From the NCBI GenBank assembly GCA_038128225.1, contig JAYPJF010000002.1, forward strand, positions 258,785-322,784: a stretch of DNA of 64,000 nt, read 5' to 3'. This document shows, in pieces, positions 46,777 to 58,133 of this stretch. Made by a program: the position numbers and the translations under genes. The notes under the pieces are model-generated. The model worked only from the letters and a program-made list of their open reading frames with translations, was not told the DNA's origin and ran no database searches. Numbering within the stretch: position 1 is the first letter of the stretch; each line of letters begins with the position of its first letter. Origin of the DNA: a bacterium. GTDB taxonomy: Bacteria; Patescibacteriota; Minisyncoccia; Phycocordibacterales; UBA2100.

Positions 46777-48453
46777 CTATCTCGAAACCGCTATTTTTGC
46801 AAGCGTGGATGAGAGCTCTGTGCATAACCGTACAAGACGCTCGATTTCTTGAGAGTCCCTTGCAGCCTCTGCGTGACGCAATGTCTGAGATGCCTCCTCA
46901 AGCTCGCGCTGTAACCGATCGCGCGTCACAAAGCGCGCAAGCGCTCGCCTATGCTCTTGCAGATCACGTACACGTCCCCCATCCTCCTCAGCAAGAAACA
47001 CAAGTGCCTCCTTTTGCTTTTCTGCAAGGGCGTCGAGTTGGTGGATCCCAGCTCCCAACGCTTCACGAATCGCGTGCGCGATGTGATCGTCGTTATTTTG
47101 GCCAAGTAAAAGTAAATGGCCATATAAAAGTTCTGCCCGAGTGTACTGCGGTGCGCCTTTTTCTGCTGCGGCTTCAGTCTGTGTAGAAAGGGTAATGCCA
47201 CGCATCGCGGCGCGTACTGAATCTTCGGATACATTGATACGCCCTGCGACCATGCGCACAAAGTGACTCTGATCGATTGCGCTTGGAATAACTGCCACAA
47301 ATGGCACCACCGTGCGCTCCACAGCGCGTGCGAATGCACGCGCATCTTTCGATGCTTTTTCCAACGTATCGAGAAGAAAAGTAACGATGTGTACTGATTC
47401 TCGAATCGCCCCACGCCACACCTCTTTTCCCCCCTCGTTTTGAAGCAGATCTGCAGGATCTTTGCCGCTACTAATACGTGCAACTTTTACGTCCATACCT
47501 GCCGCAAGCGCTTCTCGGGCACTTTTTTCACTTGCACGAATCCCCGCTTCGTCAGCATCAAGTGCTAAAACGACGTTCTCGCTCATGCGCCGCAATAATG
47601 CAATATGCTCCGTAGTTAACGCGGTTCCCGACACTGCTACCGTGTTGGGCCACCCAGCTTGGTGTACGGCAATGAGATCCATCTGCCCCTCAACAAGAAT
47701 AGAAAAATCATGCTTTCGTATCGCGAGTTTGGCACGATCATAACCAAAAAGGATGCTTCCTTTGTGATACAGAGATGTTTCCGGACTGTTAATATATTTC
47801 GCTACATCTTCTTTTGCTTCGCCAAAAATGCGCCCCGAGAATGCAACAACACGGCCTGCTGAGTCATTAACGGGAAACATGATACGGCTGCGAAAACGAT
47901 CATAAATACCTTTTTCAGAACGCTTTACTAAACCCGCTGCCTCCATTTCTTTTTCAAAATACCCACGCTGTTTCAGATGTGGCGAAACTGACCGCCACTC
48001 ATCCGGAGCAAACCCGATCCGGAACAGTGCGATTGTCTCTCTTGTGAGACCCCGTTTTTTAAGATACTCGTACGCAGGATGTTTCTCGGTAAGCTGCGTT
48101 TGATAGAACAACGTGGCTTCCTCAAGAAGAGAGCGTAGCCGATCTTTCTCGTCTTTTTTTTCGCGCTCCTGATAGACAATCTCAACCCCCGCGCGTTCCG
48201 CGAGTACTTTCAGAGCACCTTTAAAGTCCAACCCTTCAATCTCCTGCACAAAGGTAAAAATATCGCCGCCAACATTGCAGCCAAAGCAATGGTAAGTGCC
48301 GCGCTCGGGAGAAACGACAAATGACGGCGTGCGTTCATTATGAAAAGGACACCGCGCCTTAAAAACGGCGCCGGCACGCTGCAGCTGCACATACTGCGAG
48401 ACTACGTCTACTATCGAAAGCCGCGCTTTGACCTGTTCTACCGTATCCGCCAT
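46777..48453 (-). CDS. dnaG: DNA primase
   Basis: CPFH..CFGC zinc finger, [20 protein letters not shown]. Confidence 0.96.
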   Translation of the reverse strand: MADTVEQVKARLSIVDVVSQYVQLQRAGAVFKARCPFHNERTPSFVVSPERGTYHCFGCNVGGDIFTFVQEIEGLDFKGALKVLAERAGVEIVYQEREKKDEKDRLRSLLEEATLFYQTQLTEKHPAYEYLKKRGLTRETIALFRIGFAPDEWRSVSPHLKQRGYFEKEMEAAGLVKRSEKGIYDRFRSRIMFPVNDSAGRVVAFSGRIFGEAKEDVAKYINSPETSLYHKGSILFGYDRAKLAIRKHDFSILVEGQMDLIAVHQAGWPNTVAVSGTALTTEHIALLRRMSENVVLALDADEAGIRASEKSAREALAAGMDVKVARISSGKDPADLLQNEGGKEVWRGAIRESVHIVTFLLDTLEKASKDARAFARAVERTVVPFVAVIPSAIDQSHFVRMVAGRINVSEDSVRAAMRGITLSTQTEAAAEKGAPQYTRAELLYGHLLLLGQNNDDHIAHAIREALGAGIHQLDALAEKQKEALVFLAEEDGGRVRDLQEHRRALARFVTRDRLQRELEEASQTLRHAEAARDSQEIERLVRLCTELSSTLAKIAVSR

Positions 48454-48528
48454 GCCGCTATCATACGTGACAAAAAAGACAACCGCGAGCGCCGAAACGC
48501 TCGCGACTTTGTTAGCTACTTAAAAACA

Positions 48529-48554
48529 TCACCCCGGGCCGAAGTCCGGGGTGA
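48529..48554 (-). terminator. Terminator hairpin
   Basis: TCACCCCGG...CCGGGGTGA, with a T-run downstream on the minus strand. Confidence 0.7.
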
Positions 48555-48583
48555 AGGCAGCTAGGCTGCTGTGTGGAGGTGCG

Positions 48584-48781
48584 CTAGTGGCGCGTCGGGC
48601 GGTGGCCCGAGCGCCGCGTGCGCCGGTCGGTGATGCGAACGGTGGGCGCAGAAAGCCGCGCCGCCTTCACGACGATCCGCCGCAGGGCACGCTGATCTGC
48701 GGCCGTCAGGATGTGCCGGCTCGTCCGAGCCGGCACTCCGCCGTAGGGTCGCCGGACGTGCACCGGGATTGTGATCACCAT
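48584..48781 (-). CDS. Small Arg-rich hypothetical protein, 65 aa
   Basis: GGAGG RBS before MVITIPVHVRRP...; own promoter and terminator. Confidence 0.55.
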   Translation of the reverse strand: MVITIPVHVRRPYGGVPARTSRHILTAADQRALRRIVVKAARLSAPTVRITDRRTRRSGHRPTRH

Positions 48782-48826
48782 GTCGTCTTTCCTCCGTTTA
48801 GGAGCCACTCCTGTGGCACCGTACGC

Positions 48827-48855
48827 ATTTTACAACACTTTATATTAAGTGTCAA
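48827..48855 (-). promoter_or_regulatory. sigma70 promoter
   Basis: TTGACA-17 nt-TAAAAT. Confidence 0.7.
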
Positions 48856-48872
48856 TTCTCCTCTACGTGTGC

Positions 48873-51800
48873 TTATTCCTCGGCCGGCGCGCTCGCTTCA
48901 AGCGCACTTTGCTCTGCTTCGAGTTCTTTTTGGAGTTTGCTGATCATTTCCTGTTTTTTGCTTCCCGCAAAACCGGTTCCGGCAGGGATGAGGCGGCCAA
49001 CAATGACGTTTTCTTTAAGTCCGATCATCTTATCAACAGCGCCGGCAAGCGATGCCTCGACAATTTTTCGAGTCGCGTGCTGGAATGAGACTGACGAGAG
49101 GAAACTGGTACGGGTGAGCGAGACATCGGCGATACCAAGGATAAGCAGCCTGCCTTTTGCCGGCTCTTCACCTTTCGCTTTCGCTTCGCGATTCGCCTCC
49201 TCGAACTCGAAATCTTCAACAGTGTCGTTGATCGAGAACTGCGTGTCGCCTGGGTTTGTGATCTTGATGCGGCTAAACATCTGCTTGACGATCAGTTCCA
49301 TGTGCTTACGTGAAGGCGCCGCGCCCTGCATTTTGTAGATCCTGATCACTTCTTCAATGATGTAATCTTGTGTTGCCGCTTTGCTTGAATACTCAAAGAG
49401 GTCTTCGAGGTTTGCCGAACCGTCTGTAAGGAACTGCCCTTTGACTACCGTGTCTCCTTCTTTTACTGAGAGCGAGCGCGCGGGGTGAATTGCGTATTCA
49501 CAATCACGCTTAGAGGCTTTGCCGCTCTCCGGCGTAATGATGAGCGTGGTCTCCCCTTCTTCTTTCTTGATTTGCGAAACCATACCATCAATGTGCGCAA
49601 TTACTGCAGGAATTTTTGGTTTGCGGCGCTCGAACACTTCTTCGACGCGCGGCAACCCCATGGTGATGTCACCACCCGCCGCCGCCACACCACCGGTGTG
49701 GAAGGTACGCATGGTAAGCTGTGTGCCCGGTTCACCAATTGCTTGCGCGGCAACTACGCCAATCGCTTCACCAACATCGACTAGCTCCTGTGTGGTGAGA
49801 TCGATGCCATAACAGTGCCGACAAACGCCGCGCATTGTTTTGCATGACATGGGCGAGCGCAACACAATCTCGGGTGGATTTTTTTCCTTAATTTTTATCG
49901 TATCAGATGGTGTAACCAAGTGCCCGCGCTTCAAATCAGTGCCTTCGATATCTTCGGCAAGCACACGGCCAAGCGCCTCTTCTGCGAGCGAGCCACCGAA
50001 TTGCTCGGCCTGTGCGCGCGTAATCGTAATACCCTCTCTGGTACCACAATTTTCTTCAAGAATAAGAACGTCCTGCGCAACATCGAACAGACGGCGGGTA
50101 AGATAGCCGGCTCGTGCGGTATTGAGCGCGGTGTCGGCAAGACCTTTGCGCGCACCGTGCGTCGAGATGAAGTACTCAGCCGGTGTAAGACCCTCTTTCA
50201 TGGACGCCGTAATGGGAAACTCGATGGTCTCACCGCGCGGATTGGTGATGAGGCCTTTCATACCGATCATCTGGTGAAGCTGGCCGACAGAACCACGTGC
50301 TCCCGACATAATGAGGTTGTGCACAGAGCCCAACGGGTTAAGACTTCCGACAACTGCTTCGCGAACACGGTCTGAGGTTTTCGCCCATTTTTCGATCACA
50401 AGGCGATGTCGTTCCTCGTCAGTGAGAAGACCCTCGTTGTACTGGTTAGTTAATTCCTGCACCGCGGTGCGGCCTTCTTCAACAATCGCTTCTTTTTCTT
50501 TCGGTACGATCACATCAGATGCGCTCCATGTGATTCCCGCGTATGTTGCGTAGCGGAATCCGAACGCTTTAATTTTGTTCAAAATCTCAGGAAGTCCTTC
50601 AAGACCGTATCGCGCAACCAAATTTCTGATGACGCCGGTCATTTTTTTCTTCGTCAATTCCTCGTTCACAAAAGGGAAATCGTTTGGCAGTGACGAGTTG
50701 AACAAGAGGCGACCCACTGTGGTTTCGAACACACCACCGTTGAAATGCGTGTATTTTTGGTTATCGCTCGGGAGTACTCTGATTTTTGCGCGCAAATCAA
50801 CATCGCCAAAATCAAATGCGGTAATCGCTGCGTTTGGCGAAGGAAACGCTTTCCCTTCCCCCTTAAGTCCTGCGAGTTCTTGCGTCATCCAGAAACAGCC
50901 AAGAATCATGTCTTGGCGTGGCTCGGCAACAACATCGCCTGAACCTGGTTTCAAAATGTTTTTGTTTGCAGAAATAATCTCTTTTGCTTCAAGCTGTGCC
51001 TCAGGAGTAAGTGGCACGTGCACTGCCATCTGGTCACCATCGAAGTCCGCGTTGTACGCAGGACACACGAGCGGGTGAAGTTGGATAGCGTTACCTTCGA
51101 TCAACACTGGGCGAAACGCCTGGAATGATTGGCGGTGCAAAGTCGGTGCGCGGTTTAAGAGCACATACTTCCCTTCAATTACTTCTTCAAGAATCGCCCA
51201 TACCTCAGGTACACCGTCTTCGATCAAACGTCCTGCGCCGCGAATGTTATACGCGAGTTCGCGCGCAATCAGGCCTGCAATTACAAACGGGCGGAAAAGT
51301 TCCAACGCCATATGTTTCGGAAGACCGCATTCGTCGAGTTGAAGATCTGGACCAACGACAATCACCGAACGCCCTGAGTAGTCAACGCGCTTACCGAGAA
51401 GATTTTGACGCAAATACCCTTGTTTTCCTTTGAGATAGTCTGCAAGCGATTTAAGTTCACGGCGCCGACCACCGAGAATACTCGAGGTTGAGCCGCCTTT
51501 GCGCATTGAGTTGTCGAGAAGTGCGTCAATCGCTTCCTGTAAAATACGCTTCTCGTTGCGCAGAATCACCTCCGGCGCATGAATGGTGAGCAATTTCTTC
51601 AAACGATTGTTGCGGTTGATGACGCGACGATACAAGTCGTTAAGATCAGACGATGCATGGCGGCCGCCTTCGAGGGCAACCATCGGGCGCAGTGCAGGTG
51701 GAACAACCGGCAACCGTGTCAAAAACATCCATTCCGGACGCACGTTTGAACGCTGCATAGTTTCGATGAGTGCGAGTCGGCGCTTTGCCTTGTCACGATC

Positions 51801-52544
51801 GGTCGCGTTGGCTTCCTCAGCTTGGGTGCGAAGCTCTGCGGCAAGTGCGTTAAGATCTGTTTTTTTAAGGAGCGCATACAACGCTTCAGCGCCAATTTCT
51901 GCGCTAAACATTGCTCCATATTTGACTGCTGCAACGTGATACGATGCCTCATCAAGTACCGAACCTTCCACGATTGACTCTATTTCGTGCTTTGCCTGTG
52001 CCATCAAATCCTTAAGGCGTTTGCGCTCATCTTCGTTGTTTGCGGCTTTAACCTTGAGTTGGAACTCGTGGTCAAGCTCTTTGAGCAATCGTGCTTTCTC
52101 TTCAGGCAGTACTTTCGTAACGATGTACCCTGCGAAATAGACAACTTTTTCAACATCGTTTGCTGAAAGCCCGAGCATAAGCGCGATACGTGAAGGGATG
52201 CCGCGCAAAAACCAAATGTGTGCAACAGGAGCGGCAAGATCAATGTGCCCCATGCGCTCTCGTCGGACGATCGCGCGTGTAATTTCAACGCCACATTTTT
52301 CACATACAATACCCTTAAACCGAATGCCGCGGTATTTGCCACAGTAGCATTCATAATCTTTTTCAGGGCCGAAAATTTTCTCGTCAAACAGACCGCTTTT
52401 TTCTGGGCGCTGAGTTCGGTAGTTAATCGTTTCCGGTTTTGTCACTTCTCCATGTGACCAATCGAGGATACGTTCAGGAGACGCGAGCGAAACGCGCAAT
52501 TCGTCAAAGTGTTGTGGGATTGTGTCTTTTTTCTTGAGTGCCAT
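48873..52544 (-). CDS. rpoC: RNA polymerase beta' subunit
   Basis: KPETINYRT, zinc-finger Cys residues, [20 protein letters not shown]. Confidence 0.98.
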   Translation of the reverse strand: MALKKKDTIPQHFDELRVSLASPERILDWSHGEVTKPETINYRTQRPEKSGLFDEKIFGPEKDYECYCGKYRGIRFKGIVCEKCGVEITRAIVRRERMGHIDLAAPVAHIWFLRGIPSRIALMLGLSANDVEKVVYFAGYIVTKVLPEEKARLLKELDHEFQLKVKAANNEDERKRLKDLMAQAKHEIESIVEGSVLDEASYHVAAVKYGAMFSAEIGAEALYALLKKTDLNALAAELRTQAEEANATDRDKAKRRLALIETMQRSNVRPEWMFLTRLPVVPPALRPMVALEGGRHASSDLNDLYRRVINRNNRLKKLLTIHAPEVILRNEKRILQEAIDALLDNSMRKGGSTSSILGGRRRELKSLADYLKGKQGYLRQNLLGKRVDYSGRSVIVVGPDLQLDECGLPKHMALELFRPFVIAGLIARELAYNIRGAGRLIEDGVPEVWAILEEVIEGKYVLLNRAPTLHRQSFQAFRPVLIEGNAIQLHPLVCPAYNADFDGDQMAVHVPLTPEAQLEAKEIISANKNILKPGSGDVVAEPRQDMILGCFWMTQELAGLKGEGKAFPSPNAAITAFDFGDVDLRAKIRVLPSDNQKYTHFNGGVFETTVGRLLFNSSLPNDFPFVNEELTKKKMTGVIRNLVARYGLEGLPEILNKIKAFGFRYATYAGITWSASDVIVPKEKEAIVEEGRTAVQELTNQYNEGLLTDEERHRLVIEKWAKTSDRVREAVVGSLNPLGSVHNLIMSGARGSVGQLHQMIGMKGLITNPRGETIEFPITASMKEGLTPAEYFISTHGARKGLADTALNTARAGYLTRRLFDVAQDVLILEENCGTREGITITRAQAEQFGGSLAEEALGRVLAEDIEGTDLKRGHLVTPSDTIKIKEKNPPEIVLRSPMSCKTMRGVCRHCYGIDLTTQELVDVGEAIGVVAAQAIGEPGTQLTMRTFHTGGVAAAGGDITMGLPRVEEVFERRKPKIPAVIAHIDGMVSQIKKEEGETTLIITPESGKASKRDCEYAIHPARSLSVKEGDTVVKGQFLTDGSANLEDLFEYSSKAATQDYIIEEVIRIYKMQGAAPSRKHMELIVKQMFSRIKITNPGDTQFSINDTVEDFEFEEANREAKAKGEEPAKGRLLILGIADVSLTRTSFLSSVSFQHATRKIVEASLAGAVDKMIGLKENVIVGRLIPAGTGFAGSKKQEMISKLQKELEAEQSALEASAPAEE

Positions 52545-52549
52545 ATGCG

Positions 52550-55500
52550 TTAGTTGTTATGCTCGTAAGTCCCTGTAAGCGACTCTTCGTTTTGGGTAAA
52601 TGAGATATCAATTCCTAGACCCCGCAAGTGGCGTACGAGCACGTTGAAGGTCGCCGGAATGCCGCCTTCTTTAATTGGCTTGCGGAACACGATTGATTCA
52701 AACGCTGCTGAGCGGCCAAGAATATCGTCAGACTTGATGGTAAGGATTTCGCGAAGTGTGTGCGCAGCACCGTATCCAAGAAACGCCCAGACTTCCATTT
52801 CCCCCACACGCTGACCACCGTTTTGTGCTTTACCACCAAGCGGCTGTTGTGTTGTAAGTGAGTACGGACCAATAGCGCGCATGTGAATCTTATCTTCAAC
52901 CATGTGGTGAAGTTTGAGCATGTACATAACACCAACCGCGATTGGCTGGGCGAATGCCTCACCCGTGCGGCCATCAAAGAGTGTGCGCTTCCCGTCCTCG
53001 TTGATTCCTGCTTTTTCAAGTTCTTCGCGCACTTCTTTTTCAGTCGCACCCGCAAATGAAGGTACAATCGCTTGGTATCCGAGCATTTCTGCCGCAAGAC
53101 CAAGGTGCAACTCGAGAATCTGCCCGAGGTTCATACGTGACGGAACACCAAGTGGCGTGAGAATAATGTCTACCGGTTCACCGTTTTTATCATACGGCAT
53201 GTCTTCTTCTGGAAGAATACGAGAGATGACCCCTTTGTTTCCGTGACGACCCGCGAGCTTGTCTCCCACTGAAATCGCCCGAAGTTGTGCTACTTCGATA
53301 TGAATGCGTTTGATAACACCCGATTCGAGCTGGTCGCCTTGTTCGCGCGAGAATATCTTCACCCCAATAATGCGGCCGCGCTTGCCACCTTCCATGCGCA
53401 GCGACGTGTCTTTTACATCTTTCGCCTTCTCACCGAAAATGGAGTGGAGCAAACGCTCTTCGGGAGTCAGCTGCGTCTCGCCTTTAGGAGTCACTTTACC
53501 GACAAGAATATCTCCTGGACGCACTTCTGCACCGACTCGAATGATACCGTCTTCATCAAGGTTGCGAAGTTTAAATTCCGAAACGTTTGGGATGTCATGC
53601 GTGGTAACTTCTGGACCAAGTTTTGTATCGCGAACGATACATTCGAACTCCTCCATGTGAATAGAAGTGAACCGGCCGTCTTTTACAAGACGCTCCGAAA
53701 CAACGATCGCGTCTTCGTAGTTTGCACCTGACCATGGCATAAATGCCACACGAATATTTTGCCCAATTGCGAGTTGCCCATTGACGCTCGCCGAGGTATC
53801 CGCAAGCACATCACCACGTTTGATTTTATCTCCGACAGAAACAATCGGGCGTTGATGGGACACTGTAAAGCCATTCGTGCGGGCGAAATTTACCAATCCG
53901 TACACACGCTCTTTGCCTTCTTTATTCTCCACTTTGATAGTGCGGGCATCCACATACGTAACTTCACCCGCTTCGTGCGCAATAATCAGTCTTCCTGAAT
54001 CTCGTGCGGCTGACTCTTCAACACCCGTTGCAACGAGCGGAGCTGCGGGAATAACACATGGAACAGCTTGTTTCTGCATGTTCGAACCCATCAGCGCGCG
54101 GTTAGCGTCGTCGTTTTCAACGAACGGGATCAGAGAGGTGCCCACAGAGAAAAGCTGGTTAGTCGCTACTTCAATAAGATCGATTTTTTCTCGCGGTACG
54201 AGTGTTGGCTCGCCATGAACGCGCGCCTCAACTAGTTTCGATGCAATAGACCCGTCTTCTTTTCGCGCCACCGCGGCGTGCGCAATCGCATATTGTTCTT
54301 CGTCAAATGCGTTGAGGTACACGATCTCGTCCGTCACCTTTCCGTTTTTTACTTTCGCATACGGCGTCTCGATAATTCCGAATTCATTCGGTCGTGCATA
54401 CAATGCCATGTGCAATACCAACCCGATGTTTTTACCCTCAGGAGTATGCACGGGACATACGCGTCCGTAATGAGACGAGTGCACGTCGCGCACTTCAAGA
54501 CCTGCGCGCTCCGACGTAAGCCCACCAGGGCCAAGTGTCGAGAGGCGGCGCAAGTGCTCCATTTCATCGAGCGTGTTGTATTGCTCCATCAATTGAGAGA
54601 GTTGGTTCGAAGTGAAAAATTCTTTAATAGAAGCAGCGAACGGACGCGGGTTTACAAACTGTGTCGGCAGCGTCGCTTCAGTGTCAACCATCGACATGCG
54701 ATCTTGAATGTTGCGCTTCATGCGAGAAAGGCCCACGCGCATTTTTTGCTCAAGCAATTCGCCTACAAAACGCACGCGGCGAAAACCGAGGTTATCAATG
54801 TCATCAGGGCGTGCATTTTTGTCCGCATTCAACGTGAGAATATGCTTCACGATGCGCACCATATCGTCGAGTGACAGTGTCAACATGGCGAGATCCTTCT
54901 CTCCAGTCGGAATACCAAAGCGACGGTTGAAATGGAATCGCCCGACCGCTGAAAGATCGTACCGCTCTGATGAAAGAATAGAGCTCACGTAGTCGCGCGC
55001 TGTCTCAGGGGTAACCATGTCACCATCACGCAAGCGTCGGTAGATCTCAATACATGCCTCGTCGAGGGACTGTGCCGTGTCGTGGGCAAGCGTTTTTTTG
55101 ATCATCTCTTCTGCAAGCGGCACTTTACCAAGGAGGGAAACAAAATCTGCCTCAGTTTTTGCACCAAGAACACGGAAAAGTTGTGTGATAGGAAATCGGC
55201 GCTTGCGATCAATTTTTACGTACAAACCATCTGGTTCAGATTCTACTTCAATCCAAACACCACGAAGCGGAATAATCTTCGCCGTGAAATAATTAACGCC
55301 GCGGTACGGAACCGCGTCAAAAAACACTCCATAGGAGCGCGCGAGCTGTGGCACCACGACTCGCTCAACTCCATTGATTACGAACGTACCGTGCTCCGTC
55401 ATCCATGGAAAATCAGCAAGAAAGATTTCCTGCTCTTTTTCTTCACCCGTTGTTTTATTTCGGAGTTTTGCAACAACACTCAACGGTGCTTCGTACGTGC

Positions 55501-55744
55501 GCATCATGCGCTTTGCGTAATATTCGTCCCACTTCGGTTCGCCAAACGTAAATTGTGAAAAGGTAAGCTCGAACTTTTTTGCCGTATGATCGGTAATCGG
55601 AGAAAACTCCTGGAACACCGTTGCAGCACCTTTTTCGATTAACTCTTTAAATGAACGCAATTGCGGCTCCACCAGATTGGGGAGCTCGATGAGTGGCTTT
55701 TGAAACCGCCCGAACACTTTCTGCGGAAGTTCACGCTGACGCAT
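52550..55744 (-). CDS. rpoB: RNA polymerase beta subunit
   Basis: INGVERV, RDVH.SHYGR, GDKLAGRHGNKG, GGQRVGEME. Confidence 0.98.
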   Translation of the reverse strand: MRQRELPQKVFGRFQKPLIELPNLVEPQLRSFKELIEKGAATVFQEFSPITDHTAKKFELTFSQFTFGEPKWDEYYAKRMMRTYEAPLSVVAKLRNKTTGEEKEQEIFLADFPWMTEHGTFVINGVERVVVPQLARSYGVFFDAVPYRGVNYFTAKIIPLRGVWIEVESEPDGLYVKIDRKRRFPITQLFRVLGAKTEADFVSLLGKVPLAEEMIKKTLAHDTAQSLDEACIEIYRRLRDGDMVTPETARDYVSSILSSERYDLSAVGRFHFNRRFGIPTGEKDLAMLTLSLDDMVRIVKHILTLNADKNARPDDIDNLGFRRVRFVGELLEQKMRVGLSRMKRNIQDRMSMVDTEATLPTQFVNPRPFAASIKEFFTSNQLSQLMEQYNTLDEMEHLRRLSTLGPGGLTSERAGLEVRDVHSSHYGRVCPVHTPEGKNIGLVLHMALYARPNEFGIIETPYAKVKNGKVTDEIVYLNAFDEEQYAIAHAAVARKEDGSIASKLVEARVHGEPTLVPREKIDLIEVATNQLFSVGTSLIPFVENDDANRALMGSNMQKQAVPCVIPAAPLVATGVEESAARDSGRLIIAHEAGEVTYVDARTIKVENKEGKERVYGLVNFARTNGFTVSHQRPIVSVGDKIKRGDVLADTSASVNGQLAIGQNIRVAFMPWSGANYEDAIVVSERLVKDGRFTSIHMEEFECIVRDTKLGPEVTTHDIPNVSEFKLRNLDEDGIIRVGAEVRPGDILVGKVTPKGETQLTPEERLLHSIFGEKAKDVKDTSLRMEGGKRGRIIGVKIFSREQGDQLESGVIKRIHIEVAQLRAISVGDKLAGRHGNKGVISRILPEEDMPYDKNGEPVDIILTPLGVPSRMNLGQILELHLGLAAEMLGYQAIVPSFAGATEKEVREELEKAGINEDGKRTLFDGRTGEAFAQPIAVGVMYMLKLHHMVEDKIHMRAIGPYSLTTQQPLGGKAQNGGQRVGEMEVWAFLGYGAAHTLREILTIKSDDILGRSAAFESIVFRKPIKEGGIPATFNVLVRHLRGLGIDISFTQNEESLTGTYEHNN

Positions 55745-55837
55745 GGAAGTTGCTCTTAGTTCTTTATAAAAAGGAGAAACACGAGCGTACCTTTACTATC
55801 CAAGCATTACTCAGTCGTGTCAAAGGATACGCCGGAG

Positions 55838-55866
55838 ATTCTATTATTGATAGGTATATGTGTCAA
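55838..55866 (-). promoter_or_regulatory. sigma70 promoter of rpoBC
   Basis: TTGACA-17 nt-TAGAAT; a second TTGACA at 55818-55823. Confidence 0.7.
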
Positions 55867-55896
55867 GTACCAAAAAAACTTTCTGTGGAAAAAGTT

Positions 55897-55920
55897 GCAG
55901 GCGGCCCGAAGGCCGCCTGC
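55897..55920 (-). terminator. Terminator hairpin
   Basis: GCAGGCGGCC-CGAA-GGCCGCCTGC (TTCG loop on the minus strand), then ACTTTTT. Confidence 0.75.
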
Positions 55921-55954
55921 GCATACTGGGTTTTCGGAAGCAGGATAGGCTAGC

Positions 55955-56149
55955 CTATCCTCTACGGTTCCACAGTTCAGCACTGGAACCTTCCTTCACC
56001 CACGACACAACCAAAGCCTCGCCGCGAAGACTTTCCCGCTCGATTCGGCGACGAGCAAAATCGCGTGCGAAGCGATCGCGTTCGCTGTTGCTCATCTCCT
56101 CTTTTGTCGGGCGGTGCTTCGCTTTCCTTGCCTTGGGTTTCTGAGGCAT
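55955..56149 (-). CDS. Small basic hypothetical protein, 64 aa
   Basis: GGAGG RBS, terminator downstream, TTGACG-type promoter upstream. Confidence 0.55.
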   Translation of the reverse strand: MPQKPKARKAKHRPTKEEMSNSERDRFARDFARRRIERESLRGEALVVSWVKEGSSAELWNRRG

Positions 56150-56237
56150 ACCATTCCTCCACCTCTATCGAAGAACCGGTCTCCAGGTTCTACCCCTTTG
56201 CCGGTCCTTTGCCATTTAACTACGATTTAGAGTTGCG

Positions 56238-56942
56238 TCAAACTTTTTGTTTGCGTACCTGTGTATCAGATTTTTGTTGTCTCCATTGCTCTATCGCCGC
56301 ATGATCACCCGAAAGAAGCACTTTCGGCACCGAATATTTCTTCTTTTTCCAGACAAACACCTCGGGTCGCGTGTAGACGTCATGGCTCGCACTCGCTTTT
56401 TGTTGCTCACCTTTTGAAAAATGCGTGCTGTGCCGTTTTTCTTCTAATGAATTTTCATCGCCAAGCACCCCAGGAACAAACCGCGCGATCGTATCAATCA
56501 CCGTAGCAGCTGGCAGTTCACCTCCGGTAAGGACGTATGGCCCGACGCTTATCGGGAGCGCACCGGTGATGCGCGCCACGCGCGCATCGACTCCTTCATA
56601 CCGACCGCAAATAAGAACCACATGTTTTTTCTGAGCATATTTTTCTGCATGCGCGCCAGTGAACTGTTCACCCCCTGGCGAAAAAAACAAAACGATCGCG
56701 CCGCGCACACCTTTTGTTGCTTTTTCTATTGCACGCAACATTGCTTCCGGTTCGATCACCATTCCCGGCCCGCCGCCGTATGGTTTACGGTCCACCCGCT
56801 TCCATTTGTCGTCGGTATACTCGCGCGGATTGTAGTAAGAGATCTTTATGTGCCTGCTTTTTTGGGCACGCCCCAGAATTGAACTCTCAAGATACGGTGC
56901 AATTGCCTCGGGGAATAGCGTGACGATGTGGAAATGTATCAT
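56238..56942 (-). CDS. trmD: tRNA (guanine37-N1)-methyltransferase
   Basis: TLFPE, PYGGGPGMV, CGRYEGVD, YVLTGGE, YTRP, VP.VLLSGDH. Confidence 0.96.
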   Translation of the reverse strand: MIHFHIVTLFPEAIAPYLESSILGRAQKSRHIKISYYNPREYTDDKWKRVDRKPYGGGPGMVIEPEAMLRAIEKATKGVRGAIVLFFSPGGEQFTGAHAEKYAQKKHVVLICGRYEGVDARVARITGALPISVGPYVLTGGELPAATVIDTIARFVPGVLGDENSLEEKRHSTHFSKGEQQKASASHDVYTRPEVFVWKKKKYSVPKVLLSGDHAAIEQWRQQKSDTQVRKQKV

Positions 56943-57061
56943 TAATTGACTTTTACCATTTGTGAGGTAAAAAATCAATCGCAAACTGATGGCACCCTTC
57001 GGAAAGAAACCGGCGAGGGCGCCGGTTTCTCTTTTAAAATCTCTAGCCTCCAAGGAGAGTG

Positions 57062-57376
57062 TTATGATTCTAGATCAGCAAGCGCCTCATCCACAGTCTT
57101 TTCTCGTGCAGGCGCATCAGGGCGCGCACCACCTTCCGGCTCATTAATCTTGAGATTGACACGCGCATCGTGCTTCATACCCACGACACGCAATAATACG
57201 CGGATTGCTTTTGCAGTTGCTCCTGCCCGGCCAATGACTTTGCCCATATCGTCTTTCCCTACCTCAAGCGTCAAAAGTACTCCCATCTCATCGACGGTAC
57301 GGTTAATTTTCACCTGATCAGGACTATCAACTAGCGCCTTAACTACGTATTCCAAAAAAGCTTGATCTCGTTCCAT
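57062..57376 (-). CDS. khpA: KH-domain RNA-binding protein
   Basis: LVD.PD.V, DMGKVIGRAG.TAKAIR; located after rpsP. Confidence 0.9.
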   Translation of the reverse strand: MERDQAFLEYVVKALVDSPDQVKINRTVDEMGVLLTLEVGKDDMGKVIGRAGATAKAIRVLLRVVGMKHDARVNLKINEPEGGARPDAPAREKTVDEALADLES

Positions 57377-57465
57377 GCAGTCTTGTTAGTTCGGTTAAAC
57401 GGACGCGCACATCCTCACGCTCCATTGTATCGGTGAGCCTTTTGAGGTCAATGTGGCTAAAAGGA

Positions 57466-57885
57466 TTACGCAGATGCACCATCGGCACCTCCTGCGTCTG
57501 TTGCCCCAGTGTCACCTCCACTCTGTCCAGCTTCTGATTCTTCTGCTTTTTCCGCAGCAGCAACGGGGGCCGCGCTTGCTACAGCAGCCTCTTCTTTATC
57601 TTCTTTTTTGGGCGGTGACTTTTTAGGTAAAACGTTTATTTTCTTCCCAGAAAGAATCTTCGCATTAATCAGCATGTTATGCATAGACTCCGACACTTGA
57701 GCACCTTTTGAAATCCAGTACTCGATCCGCTCTTTATTAAGTGTTTGTTGTTTCGTGTGCGGATCGTAAAAACCCAACTTTTCAAGAAAACGACCGCTCT
57801 TCGGGCCCATAGTGTGCTCTCCTACAACAACACGAAAACTGGGGTCGTTCTTGCGGCCAGTTCTCTGCATTCGGATCTTTAACAT
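57466..57885 (-). CDS. rpsP: 30S ribosomal protein S16 with acidic Ala-rich tail
   Basis: MLKIRMQR.GRK..P.FRVVV, E.LG.YDP, YWISKGAQ.S. Confidence 0.95.
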   Translation of the reverse strand: MLKIRMQRTGRKNDPSFRVVVGEHTMGPKSGRFLEKLGFYDPHTKQQTLNKERIEYWISKGAQVSESMHNMLINAKILSGKKINVLPKKSPPKKEDKEEAAVASAAPVAAAEKAEESEAGQSGGDTGATDAGGADGASA

Positions 57886-57994
57886 ACGCGCGCTACTGTA
57901 CCAGGGAATCACTGTACATGCAATAGTTGCAGTAATGCGTATCTAGGTATCTAATAGTTCCAGTTCCACCCAAACCCCAAAGGAGGTGAGTCAA

Positions 57995-58069
57995 CTGTCA
58001 GCCAATACAATAACTTGGATCACCGTGCTCGTGATCCTGGGCATCGTTGGCTACGCCGTCATTTGGTGA
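57995..58069 (+). CDS. 24-aa hydrophobic micropeptide (CTG start); not in ORF track
   Basis: AAAGGAGGTGA SD 8 nt upstream; (M)SANTITWITVLVILGIVGYAVIW*; terminator at 58093-58118. Confidence 0.5.
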   Translation: MSANTITWITVLVILGIVGYAVIW

Positions 58070-58092
58070 GGCGGATGGCAAACAAATACAAA

Positions 58093-58118
58093 CGGTCCGC
58101 CCTTCTCAGGGCGGACCG
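58093..58118. terminator. Bidirectional hairpin
   Basis: CGGTCCGCCCT-TCTC-AGGGCGGACCG. Confidence 0.75.
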
Positions 58119-58133
58119 AACTTATGCCGTGCT

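Noticed and set aside
48873-55744. Inteins, introns or frameshifts in rpoB/rpoC
   Set aside because: Both frames are continuous, compact and have intact catalytic motifs.
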